A stretch of 32,000 nt of DNA from Candidatus Saccharimonadota bacterium (GCF_965196625.1 NZ_OZ239769.1:330001-362000), one strand, 5' to 3'; shown: positions 9,901 to 20,158, counted from the first letter of the stretch. The notes: a model not told the origin generated them from the letters alone. Numbers and translations: made by a program.

Positions 9901-10573
9901 AATAATTGTCTAGCTGAAACTTAGTATGGCTCTGTAGTGCAGGAACAATTGAAGAAACTGGCTTACCTATCTTTACAAAGATAAACCAACAAAGTAGAGG
10001 AATAATAATGGAAAAAGTCACAAACTGTATTATATCTGTAAAAGTCACAGCACAGACACCTCCAAAGGTAGAATAAAAAATAAGCAATAAGGTACAAAGA
10101 ATAGGTATTACATAGGGGTTAGCTAAAGTCACACATATGCCAATAGCCTGGGACATTATGATGATTTGAGAAGTAATTACAATAATCGTACGACAAATAC
10201 CAACAAATACAGTCATAACTCTTGGATACTTACCATACATATCACCCATTGTTTCTGCTATAGAAATATGATGCATAAATGGGCCCATACGTAAAGATAA
10301 CTTGCTGATCGTCCAAATACCTATAGGAACTAAGAGCAAAATGACTATAAACCACAAGCCAAGGTCATATACACATTCTACATTACGTATTAATCCTCCT
10401 CCTTCAAAAAAAGTAGCCAATACCGTAGCCACTAAAGTAGCGGTAGTAAATTGTTTATTCCCTATTGCATATTCTCGAAAGGTGGTCCCTTTTCTAGAAA
10501 AGTAAATACCTATAACTAAGGTTAATACTAAAAAAGCAACTATTATAAATAGGGGGATGCTCAAGCAGATCAT
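6963..10573 (-). pseudogene. Second long SSF-HK-like-HD-like paralog (P2), split into three ORFs by a frameshift near 9897-9915 and a TGG->TAG nonsense codon at 8280-8282
   Basis: ORFs 9881..10573, 8280..9866 and 6963..8279 are colinear with P1. The N-ORF ends KFQLDNYSFLRPT*, while the next frame reads FFSKTHLASIVLLLGDIP upstream of its listed start, aligning with P1 FHFDTKLVAMVALILS. P1 has ctt tat gat tgg gtg agc (YDWVS) where P2 has ctt tat gat tag gtg agc. Confidence 0.8.
6983..8338. repeat. Partner of the 3203-4549 high-identity block (C-terminal module of P2)
   Basis: Same alignment as above. It contains an in-frame (TA)3 expansion at about 7741-7750 that changes YGYVTYP to YGYIYITYP. 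Confidence 0.8.
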
Positions 10574-10663
10574 AATATTAAAAATAGTTATATGAATAGT
10601 ACAGATTGTATGGTAAGGATTCCCAAGTAAAAATCAAAAGTAGCCTTTGATGCAACGCATCAG

Positions 10664-12027
10664 CTAGATGCATAGCGAACCCAACCTACCCCTTTCGGTT
10701 GTTTGAATAGATAGTGTGCGGCCATCATAGCCAATCCATTGGCTAACATACAAACAAATAAAAGAACCATTTATTCCCGTTACAGGTTCAACCCATTTAT
10801 TCCAAGCTAAAATGGCTAAAACACCTGTGGCCATACCGATTAAAGCGGTACGGGAACTGCCTCGAAAACCAAAAATAGCCAATAAAGCTGGGGCAGTGAT
10901 TACTGGAATAGAAAAGGAAAAACCTAGCATCAACAGTGCTAAGAGATCATCACAATAAAAGGCCAAAAACATACTAGATAAGCCCACGACGAGTGTGGTC
11001 GATCTAGCTATTTTAAGTTTATAGACATCAGCCATTTCTTTTTGTATGGTGCCTAAAATATCATGGCTAACCATCACAGAGCAAGCATTTAAACAAGAAT
11101 CAGCGGTAGACATCGCCATAGCAAGTAAGCTAACACAAACCACACCTTTAAAAGTAGGTGAAACATTAGTGATTATATAACACCAAATATCTTCAATTGG
11201 TAGCGCTTCCCCTCCTCCTACAAAAACAAATAGGCCAATCAGACGGATAAAACTAGAAATCACAACACTTAACAAACAGACATATAAAAAAACTTTTTTT
11301 GCTTGAGTAGGTCCAGAAGACATATAGACTCTTTGCATAATTTCAGGCGTCCCCATATCAGGAACCATAATACATAAAATCATCGCAACCCTACTCAGTA
11401 GTTTCGTATCAAAATGGAGTAAACTACTCAATTGAAATTTTTCTTGCGTTTGTAGAAAGGCAACTACCTCTATAACGGATCTACCTGTTTTTTTTAACAT
11501 CAACCAAGCCAAAAATGGAATTACTATAGTAAAAGTCAAAAACTGGAAGATATCTGTAATGGTAACTGCACGAACGCCTCCAAAAGTATCATAGAAAATA
11601 AGGATTAAGGCAGCAAAAATGGTAACCACCCGGGCATTAACCAAATCTAGGTCGACACAAATGCTAATTGCTTGGACCATGGCGATAATTTGTATGGTAA
11701 TACTGACGATAGACCTAGCAATACCAAACAGAGCCGTAATAATCCTTGGGCACTTACCATAGACATTACCCATCATTTCTGCAATAGAAAGGCTTTGCAT
11801 AAATGGCCCCATACGGCCCATCAACCGGCTAAAAAGCCATATACTGAAACTATTCACAAATAGAAAAAGGATCCAATAAAGGCCAAGCTTATGCACATAC
11901 TGTACATTACGTATCAGCCCTCCTCCACCATAGTAAGTAGCCAACACCGTAGCCACCAAAGTAGCGGTAGTAAATTGCTTATGCCCTACTGCATATTCCC
12001 GAAAGGTGGCCTTTCCTGATCTAAAGG
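10664..12027 (-). pseudogene. Short SSF-core paralog (P3), N-terminally truncated and frameshifted near its 3' end
   Basis: Homology to P1/P2 starts only at GKATFREYAVGHKQF, so TM1 is missing. Around 10749-10762 there are 4 extra nt relative to P1 (tttatttgtttgtatgttagcc vs tttgttgctatgttggcc), which shift the frame. The restored frame reads ANGLAMMAAHYLFKQPKGVGWVRYASS-TGA. Confidence 0.7.
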
Positions 12028-12029
12028 AT

Positions 12030-12362
12030 CCTATTATCGCGCTAGATATAGAGGAACACAAAGGAGCTGATTATAGATTGGTTCAACGTGTTACAGAAGA
12101 AAGTGTTCGGTACCTCAGGGATAAAGCAAATAGAACACCTTATATTTATACCAGAACATCCTTCTGGGATGCCTATGTATCCGATACGCCCGATATCGTT
12201 GCACAATGTCCGCTATGGATAGCTAGATGGCGTGACCATCCACCCTTACCAAACGAGTTGCCAAAGGGCTGGGCTAGCTGGAAAATATGGCAGTATTCTG
12301 ATCAAGGAACGGTTCCAGGTATTAGAGGTCCAGTAGATCTGAATAGGATGGCCACAACATAG
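12030..12362 (+). pseudogene. C-terminal fragment of a GH25-family muramidase (lysozyme)
   Basis: IALDIEE ... PLWIARW ... WKIWQYSDQGTVPGIRGPVDLNR matches the typical GH25 C-terminal half (LD.E, LWIA.Y, WQYs..g.v.Gi.g.vDlN). The N-terminal ~90 aa and an ATG start are absent. The fragment abuts the truncated P3 head-to-head. Confidence 0.65.
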
Positions 12363-12455
12363 TCCCATTTTTCTTTTCCGGGCTATTTTTTTAAATTGTG
12401 GAGCATACATTGAGCGGAAAGTTGCTAACCTATATTTCACTTTATTTTTTTTGTC

Positions 12456-13673
12456 ATGCCCAATCCATTACCACCTTCCACTTCTGCTGCGCATAAATGG
12501 GCGAGTAGCCATTTACAAGTCGCTACGCAAGTGGTACATGCTGGCGTGAACCCAGAACCCTATACCGGTGCAATGCTTACCCCTATTTTTCAATCATCCG
12601 TATTTGTACAGGAATCCATTGAAAACTACCTCGAAAAGGGACATTCCTATTCTGGATCAAGAAACCCTACTGTTGCAGTGCTTGAAGCAAAAATCGCTGC
12701 TTTGGAAAAAGCAGAAGTGGCCTATTGTTTTGGTTCGGGAATGGCGGCTATTGTGACTACTATGGCAACCTTTTTACGCCATGGGGACCATTGCATACTC
12801 TCTAATGGTTGTTACGCCACTACACAAGAAGTAGCCCGTGACCTTTTTGGGCAACTTGGCGTAACTTTTTCTTTTGTAGACTTTACCGATTTAGCCGAGA
12901 TAGAAGCAGCGATACAATCCAATACGAAGTTACTTTTTTCCGAATATCCGACCAATCCAACACTTGCTTTAACCGATTTGGCTGCGGTTAGTGCGCTAGC
13001 CCATCAAATAGGTGCCAGACACGTTTGTGATAGTACATTGGCCTCGCCTATGGTGATTTGTCCATTAACATTTGGTGCAGATATCGTCATCCAATCTACC
13101 ACCAAATACTATGATGGACATAATATGACTATTGGTGGCGCAGTTGCTTGTGCATCTGCAAAAGATGGCCCTCAAATTTTTACCTATAGAAATAGGCATG
13201 GGAGTATCATGAGCCCTATGGTTGCTTTTTTTACCTTGCAATCCATTAAGACCATGCATTTACGTATACGCGCACAATCTGAAAATGCGGCACAAATTGC
13301 AAGATTTTTAGAAGAACACCCTAAAGTAGAAAAAGTGGGTTATCCAGGATTGGGTAGTTTTCCGCAAAAACCATTGGCAGATAGGCAACATAATAATGGA
13401 CTTCATGGTGGTATGTTATACTTTATACTGAAAGGAGGAGCCGATGCAAGCAGCCAATTTATGAAGACACTGCATCGTCCATGGAGTTTTGGAGCCAATT
13501 TAGGGGGTGTGGAAAGCTTGATTTCTTATCCCGTTGTAATGTCCAATGGAACAATGGATTCCATACAACTGCAAGCCATTGGCATAAGCGATGGCTTTGT
13601 ACGCGTCTCTTGTGGGATTGAAGCTATACAAGATCTTATTGATGCACTTGAAGCAACCTTTAATGGCTGCTAA
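12456..13673 (+). CDS. Cys/Met-metabolism PLP-dependent enzyme (cystathionine gamma-lyase/beta-lyase or methionine gamma-lyase type)
   Basis: 405 aa with family hallmarks: IFQSSVF, YSGSRNPT, EYPTNPTL, and a PLP-lysine motif QSTTKYYDGH. Exact specificity cannot be judged from sequence alone. Confidence 0.85.
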   Translation: MPNPLPPSTSAAHKWASSHLQVATQVVHAGVNPEPYTGAMLTPIFQSSVFVQESIENYLEKGHSYSGSRNPTVAVLEAKIAALEKAEVAYCFGSGMAAIVTTMATFLRHGDHCILSNGCYATTQEVARDLFGQLGVTFSFVDFTDLAEIEAAIQSNTKLLFSEYPTNPTLALTDLAAVSALAHQIGARHVCDSTLASPMVICPLTFGADIVIQSTTKYYDGHNMTIGGAVACASAKDGPQIFTYRNRHGSIMSPMVAFFTLQSIKTMHLRIRAQSENAAQIARFLEEHPKVEKVGYPGLGSFPQKPLADRQHNNGLHGGMLYFILKGGADASSQFMKTLHRPWSFGANLGGVESLISYPVVMSNGTMDSIQLQAIGISDGFVRVSCGIEAIQDLIDALEATFNGC

Positions 13674-13697
13674 AGCTTACATTAAGCTAGATCGGTT

Positions 13698-15137
13698 TTA
13701 TTTTGTTGGATATTGATAGCCAAGCTTTATCTGCTCCTTTGGTTGTGGCAATAGATAGCGCGCAGCCACCATAGCTAGGCAATTGGCTACCATACTAGGA
13801 AAAGCACCATTGATATCTGTAATCGGCTCCACCCATTTATTCCAACTCCAAATGGCCAATATACCTGTAACCATACCGACCAAAGCAGTTCGGGAAGTAC
13901 CTCGAAACCCCAAAACAGCTAAAATAAAAGGCGCCGTTGCTATAGGTATAAAACAATCAAAATACAATTTACATAGCTCCATTAAATCATTACAGTAGAC
14001 GCTAAGCAATAGCGCAACCATGCCCATCAGTAACGCTGTTAGCTTAGCCAGCCGGATGTGATAACGATAAGGAATTTCTTTTTGCCCCATCATACCTTCT
14101 ATGATATCATGACTAAACATAAGAGAAGAAGTACTTAAATAGGTATCCGCTACAGAGATCGCTACAGCAAGTAGGCTGATGGCAACAAAGCCCTTTAAAA
14201 TAGGGGGCATATCTGTTATGATATAGCTCCATATTTCTGCTAAAGACAATTGGGGAGCAACTGCAAGGACAACCATACCAAATACTAGAATAAAAAGCTT
14301 CATAATAACTCCAAAAATACCCGTATAGAAGAAGACGCTACGCGCCTGAAAGTGATCAGAAGACATATACACTTTCTGCATCATCAAAGGCTGTATACAA
14401 GCAACCTGATTAGCTAAAAATAAGGATATGATGGACAGGGCATTAAAGTCCGAATGGCATAGGCTACTCAAATGAATTTTTTCTTGACTATCAAACAATC
14501 TTACAAAGAGCTCTAATGGTGACTGATCAATACGGGTAAATATCCAACAAGACAAAATTAAAGGAGTAATTAAAAAAGCAGCGAGTTGCGCAAGATTGGT
14601 TAGACTAAAAACACGCATCCGCCCAATAACCGTATAGGAAGCAAGGAGCAAAATGGTTAAAAAAGTAATGATATTTGGTTCAACCCAGTCTAAACAGATA
14701 CTGATTGCCAAAGAGATGATATGTATTTGAATGGCAACAACCACAATAGAGCAGCAAATATTGGATAATGATGTAAGGACCATCGGATATCTGCCATACA
14801 TGCGTTTTATGGTTTCCGACATAGATAGGTTATGCATAAAAGGGGCCATACGTAGTGCCAAGGAACTGACCATCCAGAAAGGCATACAACTACTTAAAAA
14901 CTCGAAAATGATCCAAGGGAGGCCAAGGTTATGGACCTGCTGTACCGTACGTACTATTAATCCACTTTCTAAAAAAGTAAATAATAGAATATAGACCAAG
15001 AGAGGAGTTTCATGCCGCTTAGTGCTTACCACATAGTCTCGAAATGTAGTGGGAGTGATGGAAAAATAGGATAGAAAAAGCCATTCAAGCAATAAAAAAA
15101 CCACCACCATGAAAATGGGGATATACAAGGATGTCAT
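13698..15137 (-). CDS. Stand-alone SSF/SLC5 symporter-core paralog (P4), the most divergent copy
   Basis: The ORF is open to 15197 (TTG). The ATG at 15137 (MTSLYIPIFMVVVF) aligns with the P1/P2 starts. It is colinear with the P1 core and stops right after the conserved YL.(K/P)QP(E/K) boundary. The GGGG motif of P1/P3 reads LESG here. Confidence 0.7.
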   Translation of the reverse strand: MTSLYIPIFMVVVFLLLEWLFLSYFSITPTTFRDYVVSTKRHETPLLVYILLFTFLESGLIVRTVQQVHNLGLPWIIFEFLSSCMPFWMVSSLALRMAPFMHNLSMSETIKRMYGRYPMVLTSLSNICCSIVVVAIQIHIISLAISICLDWVEPNIITFLTILLLASYTVIGRMRVFSLTNLAQLAAFLITPLILSCWIFTRIDQSPLELFVRLFDSQEKIHLSSLCHSDFNALSIISLFLANQVACIQPLMMQKVYMSSDHFQARSVFFYTGIFGVIMKLFILVFGMVVLAVAPQLSLAEIWSYIITDMPPILKGFVAISLLAVAISVADTYLSTSSLMFSHDIIEGMMGQKEIPYRYHIRLAKLTALLMGMVALLLSVYCNDLMELCKLYFDCFIPIATAPFILAVLGFRGTSRTALVGMVTGILAIWSWNKWVEPITDINGAFPSMVANCLAMVAARYLLPQPKEQIKLGYQYPTK

Positions 15138-15328
15138 AAAAAAGTAAATTTTTGCTGTATCAAAATTGATTTTAGGTATTTTGGATGATAAAAACAAATG
15201 GTTGAGGGATTTACATCACACATAAGCTATACTAAAGTGCACATATACTAGCATATACTAAACAAAGATGATCCAATATTTTGGTTATATTTACCTAGAT
15301 ATATATTCATGCAAAAGTAAAAAGTTAA

Positions 15329-15907
15329 ATGCCACAAACTACTGTTCATAAACTGGACCAAACATTATTGCTTATATTAAACCAATGGAACCATCCAGGG
15401 ATGGACCTTTTTTTTAAACTGATAACTAGTACTTTTTTTTGGACACCGCTCTATAGCTTGCTTCTATTTTTGATTAGAAAAGCATTGGGTTGGAAGGGTG
15501 TGGTCTTCTTCGCATTAACGATTGTTATTTCAGATCAAATTTCTGCTACATGGCTCAAGCCACTTTTTGCAAGATATCGGCCCTGCTATCTTATTTCCCA
15601 GCTACATCTTATAGGTAGCCATACAGGCCTCTATGGTTTTCCATCATCTCATGCGGCCAACACCTATGCCTTTGCGATGCTTTTTTGGCGAATCTTTAAA
15701 AATAGATACAGATTCAGTGGCTTATTTTTTATCTGGGCTACTATTGTTTCCTACGGTCGAATATATGGCGGGGTACACTACCCATTAGATGTTTTGGCAG
15801 GTGCTATAGTAGGGTGCTGCGTAGGGATATTCATGCATCATATCTATCAAAAAAGTAATAACCTAAATAGCTTACCAAAATGGCCAAGAAAAGGGTACCT
15901 AAAATAG
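15329..15907 (+). CDS. PAP2-family (type 2 phosphatidic acid / undecaprenyl-diphosphate) phosphatase
   Basis: All three PAP2 motifs are present: KPLFARYRP, PSSHAAN and YGRIYGGVHYPLDV. It is a multi-TM protein. Confidence 0.8.
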   Translation: MPQTTVHKLDQTLLLILNQWNHPGMDLFFKLITSTFFWTPLYSLLLFLIRKALGWKGVVFFALTIVISDQISATWLKPLFARYRPCYLISQLHLIGSHTGLYGFPSSHAANTYAFAMLFWRIFKNRYRFSGLFFIWATIVSYGRIYGGVHYPLDVLAGAIVGCCVGIFMHHIYQKSNNLNSLPKWPRKGYLK

Positions 15908-16515
15908 GTTCAATTTTCCACAAAATACCGACACATTTACCTACTTATACACAATTAACTAAAGGTAAACCGCCTAAGCATAACCATACCAACATTTATA
16001 CCAAATCTATAACCAAAGTTATGAACCATAAGGTTATCCACTTTTTATAAACATAACCTGCTTCTTATCTATTTTAGTAGGATACTATACTAAAATCCAT
16101 TGGACTGCGCATTACATTAACTTTATACAAGAAAACCAATCTATATAAACAGAAATAAATAAAGTTGCATAGATATAATTTATAAACGATAAGAACCATG
16201 TATATAAGCCAGATGAGCCTTAGAAATACAACCACTTAGCAATAAAACTACCTTAAAATCAACTATATTTGATATAATTTACCTTCAATATTACTAGCAA
16301 AATTACAAATTAACTTTTACCATCGAGAATACCTGTGGATAAATAGAATATTCTAGTAGAAGTTATACACAGTTCTATGTGTAGCCTATACTTTTCCACA
16401 AATCCACCAAGTAATAAGGATAAGTTTTTTGATTTATATCAAATTACTTATAATAGATCTCTTATGGATGTGGATAAAAAATAAAGAGTGCCTACGGCAT
16501 CTTGAACAATTCCTT
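15908..16515. promoter_or_regulatory. AT-rich non-coding spacer with a cluster of DnaA-box-like 9-mers; candidate chromosomal replication origin (oriC) or other DnaA-binding locus
   Basis: The boxes are TTTTCCACA 15914-15922, TTATACACA 15945-15953, TTATCCACT 16034-16042, TGTGGATAA 16334-16342 (reverse complement of TTATCCACA), TTATACACA 16363-16371, TTTTCCACA 16392-16400 and TGTGGATAA 16469-16477. A very AT-rich core at about 16100-16320 carries a direct 11-mer repeat, GATATAATTTA, at 16172-16182 and 16271-16281. Confidence 0.5.
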
Positions 16516-18606
16516 ATGATGGATCATTTTTTCTCTAGAGATATAGTAGACCTTATAGGATCGGATAAGGCGCAGCTGTTTAAGGATGAATTGGGTATAC
16601 ATACCTATGAGGATCTTTTAAAACATTATCCCTTTCGGTATGAAGATCGGGGCAACCAATCTACTATTGCGGCATTAACCCCTACTACGCCTGGTGTACA
16701 ATTGTGCGGGTATATTAAAAAACTCCAAAGCATAGAGAAAGGAAAAAAAAGATTGGTAGCACTATTTGAAGACGATACGGGGCAATTGGAACTGGTATGG
16801 TTTCATAACTTTGCTTGGGTTATAAAGAAAATCAAGGCCAATGTACGCTACCGTGTTTGGGGCAAGCCTGTTTTTTTAGCGCAGGGCCAAAAGCAATTGA
16901 TTCATCCAGAGCTCTATCCTTTATATGGCCACCAAACGCAAAAAAGCCAATTGATACCTGTATACCACAGTACAGAAAAATTAAAACGCAATCAACTAGA
17001 TGCCAAAGGAATTGCGTTTGTGCAAAAAAAGGTACTGAGTCAGCTTAAGACCACTGTAGAGGAAACCCTACCAGAATATGTATTGAGGCGTTACGAACTT
17101 TCCCCTTTAAGGGAGGTCTTTCAAAACATTCATTTCCCAGGTGATGAAACCCTACTCAAACAAGCCCAAAGGAGGCTTAAGTTTGAAGAATTATTCTACA
17201 TTCAACTAAAATTGCTTAAGGCAAGGCAAGTGCGTGTAGAAAGACAAAATGGTAAAGTTTTTAATAATGTATCCTTATTAAATACGTTTTACCATAACCA
17301 TTTGCCTTTTCATTTGACAGCTGATCAAAAGAAAACCATTAAAGAGATCTATCGCGACTTAGGTTCTGGTAAGCAGATGAATAGGCTTTTACAAGGTGAT
17401 GTCGGGAGCGGAAAGACGATTGTTGCTTTTCTTGCCATGTTGGTGGTAATAGCCAGTAATGCACAAGTAGCCATTATGGCACCTACTGAAATTTTGGCTA
17501 AGCAGCATTTTGAACGTTTTCTTCTTTTTGCACAGCCATTGCATTTAAATATTACTTTGCTGACAGGAAGTACTAAAAGAAAAGAGCGGGAGCATATTTT
17601 ATACCGACTTAAAGTAGGCATACTAAACATTATAGTGGGCACACATGCTTTGCTGAGTGATGATGTCTCGTTTAACGAACTGGGTTTTTTTATCATAGAT
17701 GAGCAGCACCGCTTCGGTGTAGCACAACGTGCGGGTCTGTTAACTAAAAATCAAGTGTATGCCCCTCATATACTCATTATGACTGCTACACCCATTCCAA
17801 GAACCTTAGCCATGACGTTTTATGGTGACTTGGACCTTTCTACTATTTACGAGTTACCGTCAGGAAGACAACCTATTAAGACCCAACATTACTATGAAAA
17901 CTTTCGGTTAAAGGTTTTTCAGTTTATAAGGGAGCAAATTCTATTGGGCAGACAGGTATATATTGTTTATCCGCTTATTGAAGCTTCTGCTGCACTGGAT
18001 TACAGTGACCTAATGGCTGGTTATGCCTCTATTGTTAGGGCTTTTCCTGGTATGCCTGTTGGCATCGTCCATGGTAAGATGGATGGTGCCTCTAAAGATA
18101 TAGAAATGAAGCGTTTTGAAAAAAATGAAACACGTATTTTGGTTACTACAACCGTTATAGAGGTGGGGGTGAATATACCCAATGCAACCGTTATGGTTAT
18201 AGAAAGTGCGGAGCGATTTGGGTTGTCTCAATTGCACCAGTTGCGTGGAAGGGTTGGCCGTAGTAGTGCACAATCTTACTGTATTTTAATGACCGATTAT
18301 CGTTTAAATAAAACAGGAAAAGAACGGATTGAAACCATGGTAAGAACAAATAATGGATTTGAAATAGCAGAGTTGGATCTTAAACTTCGTGGTCCAGGAG
18401 ATTTAATGGGGCTGCAGCAAAGTGGTGCGCTAAACTTAAAAATAGCTGATTTAGCTAAAGATGCTGCTATTTTAGAAGCAGCACGTAGGTTGGCTAAAGA
18501 TATTATGCAACAAGACCCGGAATTTCAGCATCCTGCTAACTTGCCAATTTATAGAGAATATGCTAGATTACTTGCTGCAGCTGGGGGTTGGAATAGAATA
18601 GGGTAG
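16516..18606 (+). CDS. recG: ATP-dependent DNA helicase RecG
   Basis: Walker [24 protein letters not shown] and [11 protein letters not shown] motifs. The start is placed at ATG 16516 (MMDHFF...) because the track start at 16429 adds a non-conserved 29-aa extension that overlaps a DnaA box. Confidence 0.9.
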   Translation: MMDHFFSRDIVDLIGSDKAQLFKDELGIHTYEDLLKHYPFRYEDRGNQSTIAALTPTTPGVQLCGYIKKLQSIEKGKKRLVALFEDDTGQLELVWFHNFAWVIKKIKANVRYRVWGKPVFLAQGQKQLIHPELYPLYGHQTQKSQLIPVYHSTEKLKRNQLDAKGIAFVQKKVLSQLKTTVEETLPEYVLRRYELSPLREVFQNIHFPGDETLLKQAQRRLKFEELFYIQLKLLKARQVRVERQNGKVFNNVSLLNTFYHNHLPFHLTADQKKTIKEIYRDLGSGKQMNRLLQGDVGSGKTIVAFLAMLVVIASNAQVAIMAPTEILAKQHFERFLLFAQPLHLNITLLTGSTKRKEREHILYRLKVGILNIIVGTHALLSDDVSFNELGFFIIDEQHRFGVAQRAGLLTKNQVYAPHILIMTATPIPRTLAMTFYGDLDLSTIYELPSGRQPIKTQHYYENFRLKVFQFIREQILLGRQVYIVYPLIEASAALDYSDLMAGYASIVRAFPGMPVGIVHGKMDGASKDIEMKRFEKNETRILVTTTVIEVGVNIPNATVMVIESAERFGLSQLHQLRGRVGRSSAQSYCILMTDYRLNKTGKERIETMVRTNNGFEIAELDLKLRGPGDLMGLQQSGALNLKIADLAKDAAILEAARRLAKDIMQQDPEFQHPANLPIYREYARLLAAAGGWNRIG

Positions 18607-18656
18607 GAGGAATCCCATGTAATGTTCTTTAGTTTGCTAAACCTAATTTAGCTATT

Positions 18657-20158
18657 ATGTTAACATATAAAAAGTTTGTAGAAAGATTTAGCCACATTCG
18701 GTTGCTACATCAGGTAGAAGCACTCTTAGGCTGGGACCAGCAAACCTATATGCCTGCTGGCGCTATTGATATTCGTGCCAAACAACTTGCTTATATCGCT
18801 GGCTTAGCCCATAAAGAAGCGACTAGCAGCAGCTATCGCGATGCGTTAGAGGCAATGATTGATATCGAAACAGAAAAAATTAAGCTAGAAGGATTGCCTC
18901 TGGTGGCACAATCTAATCTCAAGCAATGGTGCAGGGATTTTAAACGGTCTACCAAACTCCCTGAAGATTTTATTACAACCTACTATGCTATTACCACTAC
19001 CGCAACAGAGGTCTGGAAAAAGGCTAAACAGACGGCTGATTTTGCCTTATTCAGTCCATGGCTTGAAAAGGTTGTAGCGCTTAATCGAGAAAAAGCTAGC
19101 TTATTAGGCTATATAGATAGCCCTTACGATGCCCTTATTGATTTGTATGAACCCGGTGTAACCGCTTCTACTTTATCCACACTTTTTGCGGACTTAAAGG
19201 GTTTCTTATGTGACATTGTACGCAAAACAGATGGAAAAGCTAGCCCCTATAGCAGCTATTTTAAAACTTCTTTTTCAGAAGCATCGCAAATGGCCTTTAA
19301 CCAATTCCTCCTGGAGGCCATGGGCATTAATCGTCAAAATAGTAGGTTAGATTATGCAGTACATCCTTTTTGTTCTGGTATAGATCCTTCTGATGTAAGG
19401 CTTACGACTAATTTAGACTGTGGATTACTACAAAATATTTTTGCTGTTTTACATGAAGGGGGCCATGCATTGTATGAGTTGGGTCTTCCTAAAGAAGAAT
19501 GGGCTACGCCTGCTGGTCAAGCTGCTTCTATAGGATTACATGAAAGCCAATCCAGATGGTGGGAAGTAATGATAGGCAAGTCTTTGCCTTTTTGGTCTTA
19601 TATATACCCTAAGTTTCAAAGCCAATTCCCTCATTTTAACGAGCTATCTCTTACTGATTTTTACAGACACATCAATCATGTGCAAGCTTCTTATATCCGC
19701 ATTTATGCCGATGAAGTAACCTATCCATTGCATGTGATCCTTAGATTTGAACTAGAAAAACAACTTATAGAGGGCACCATTCAGGTATCAGATCTTCCAC
19801 AACTCTGGAATGCGGGTATGCAAGAGTTGTTAGGTATTACACCTAAGCATGATGCAGAAGGCTGTTTACAAGATGTTCATTGGTCTTCAGGGTATTTTGG
19901 TTATTTTCCTATGCATTGGGTACGCTTTATGCAGCGCAATATTTTACCGCTTTTGCCCAATCTTTTCCAGACTGGGAAACAAAAATAACGAGTGGTTCAC
20001 TTGCTTTTATAAATAGTTGGTTGCAGGAGCATATTCATCAGTTTGGCAGAATGTATAACGCCGAGGAAAGCATGAATAGGGTTACAGGCCATCCGTTGTC
20101 TGTAGCGCCTTATAAAGATTATATTACAAGGAAGTATAGCAATCTGGTTGGTTTATAA
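18657..20158 (+). pseudogene. M32 (Taq-type) carboxypeptidase split by a frameshift around 19901-19912
   Basis: HEGGHALYE (HExxH) and HESQSRWWE motifs lie in ORF 18657..19988. After DVHWSSGYFGYFP the conserved continuation SYALGTLYAAQYF...APYKDYITRKY is in the other frame (ORF 19880..20158). The switch falls in ggttattttcctatgc. Confidence 0.8.

Noticed and set aside
13673-13697. Short hairpin AGCTTA-cat-TAAGCT between the convergent PLP-enzyme gene and P4, as a possible bidirectional terminator
   Set aside because: The stem is only 6 bp and AT-rich, with a weak T-tract. It is not convincing as an intrinsic terminator.
16429-16515. N-terminal 29-aa extension of recG as given in the ORF track
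   Set aside because: The extension (MIYIKLLIIDLLWMWIKNKECLRHLEQFL) is not RecG-like and overlaps a perfect DnaA box. The ATG at 16516 gives a protein of normal RecG length.
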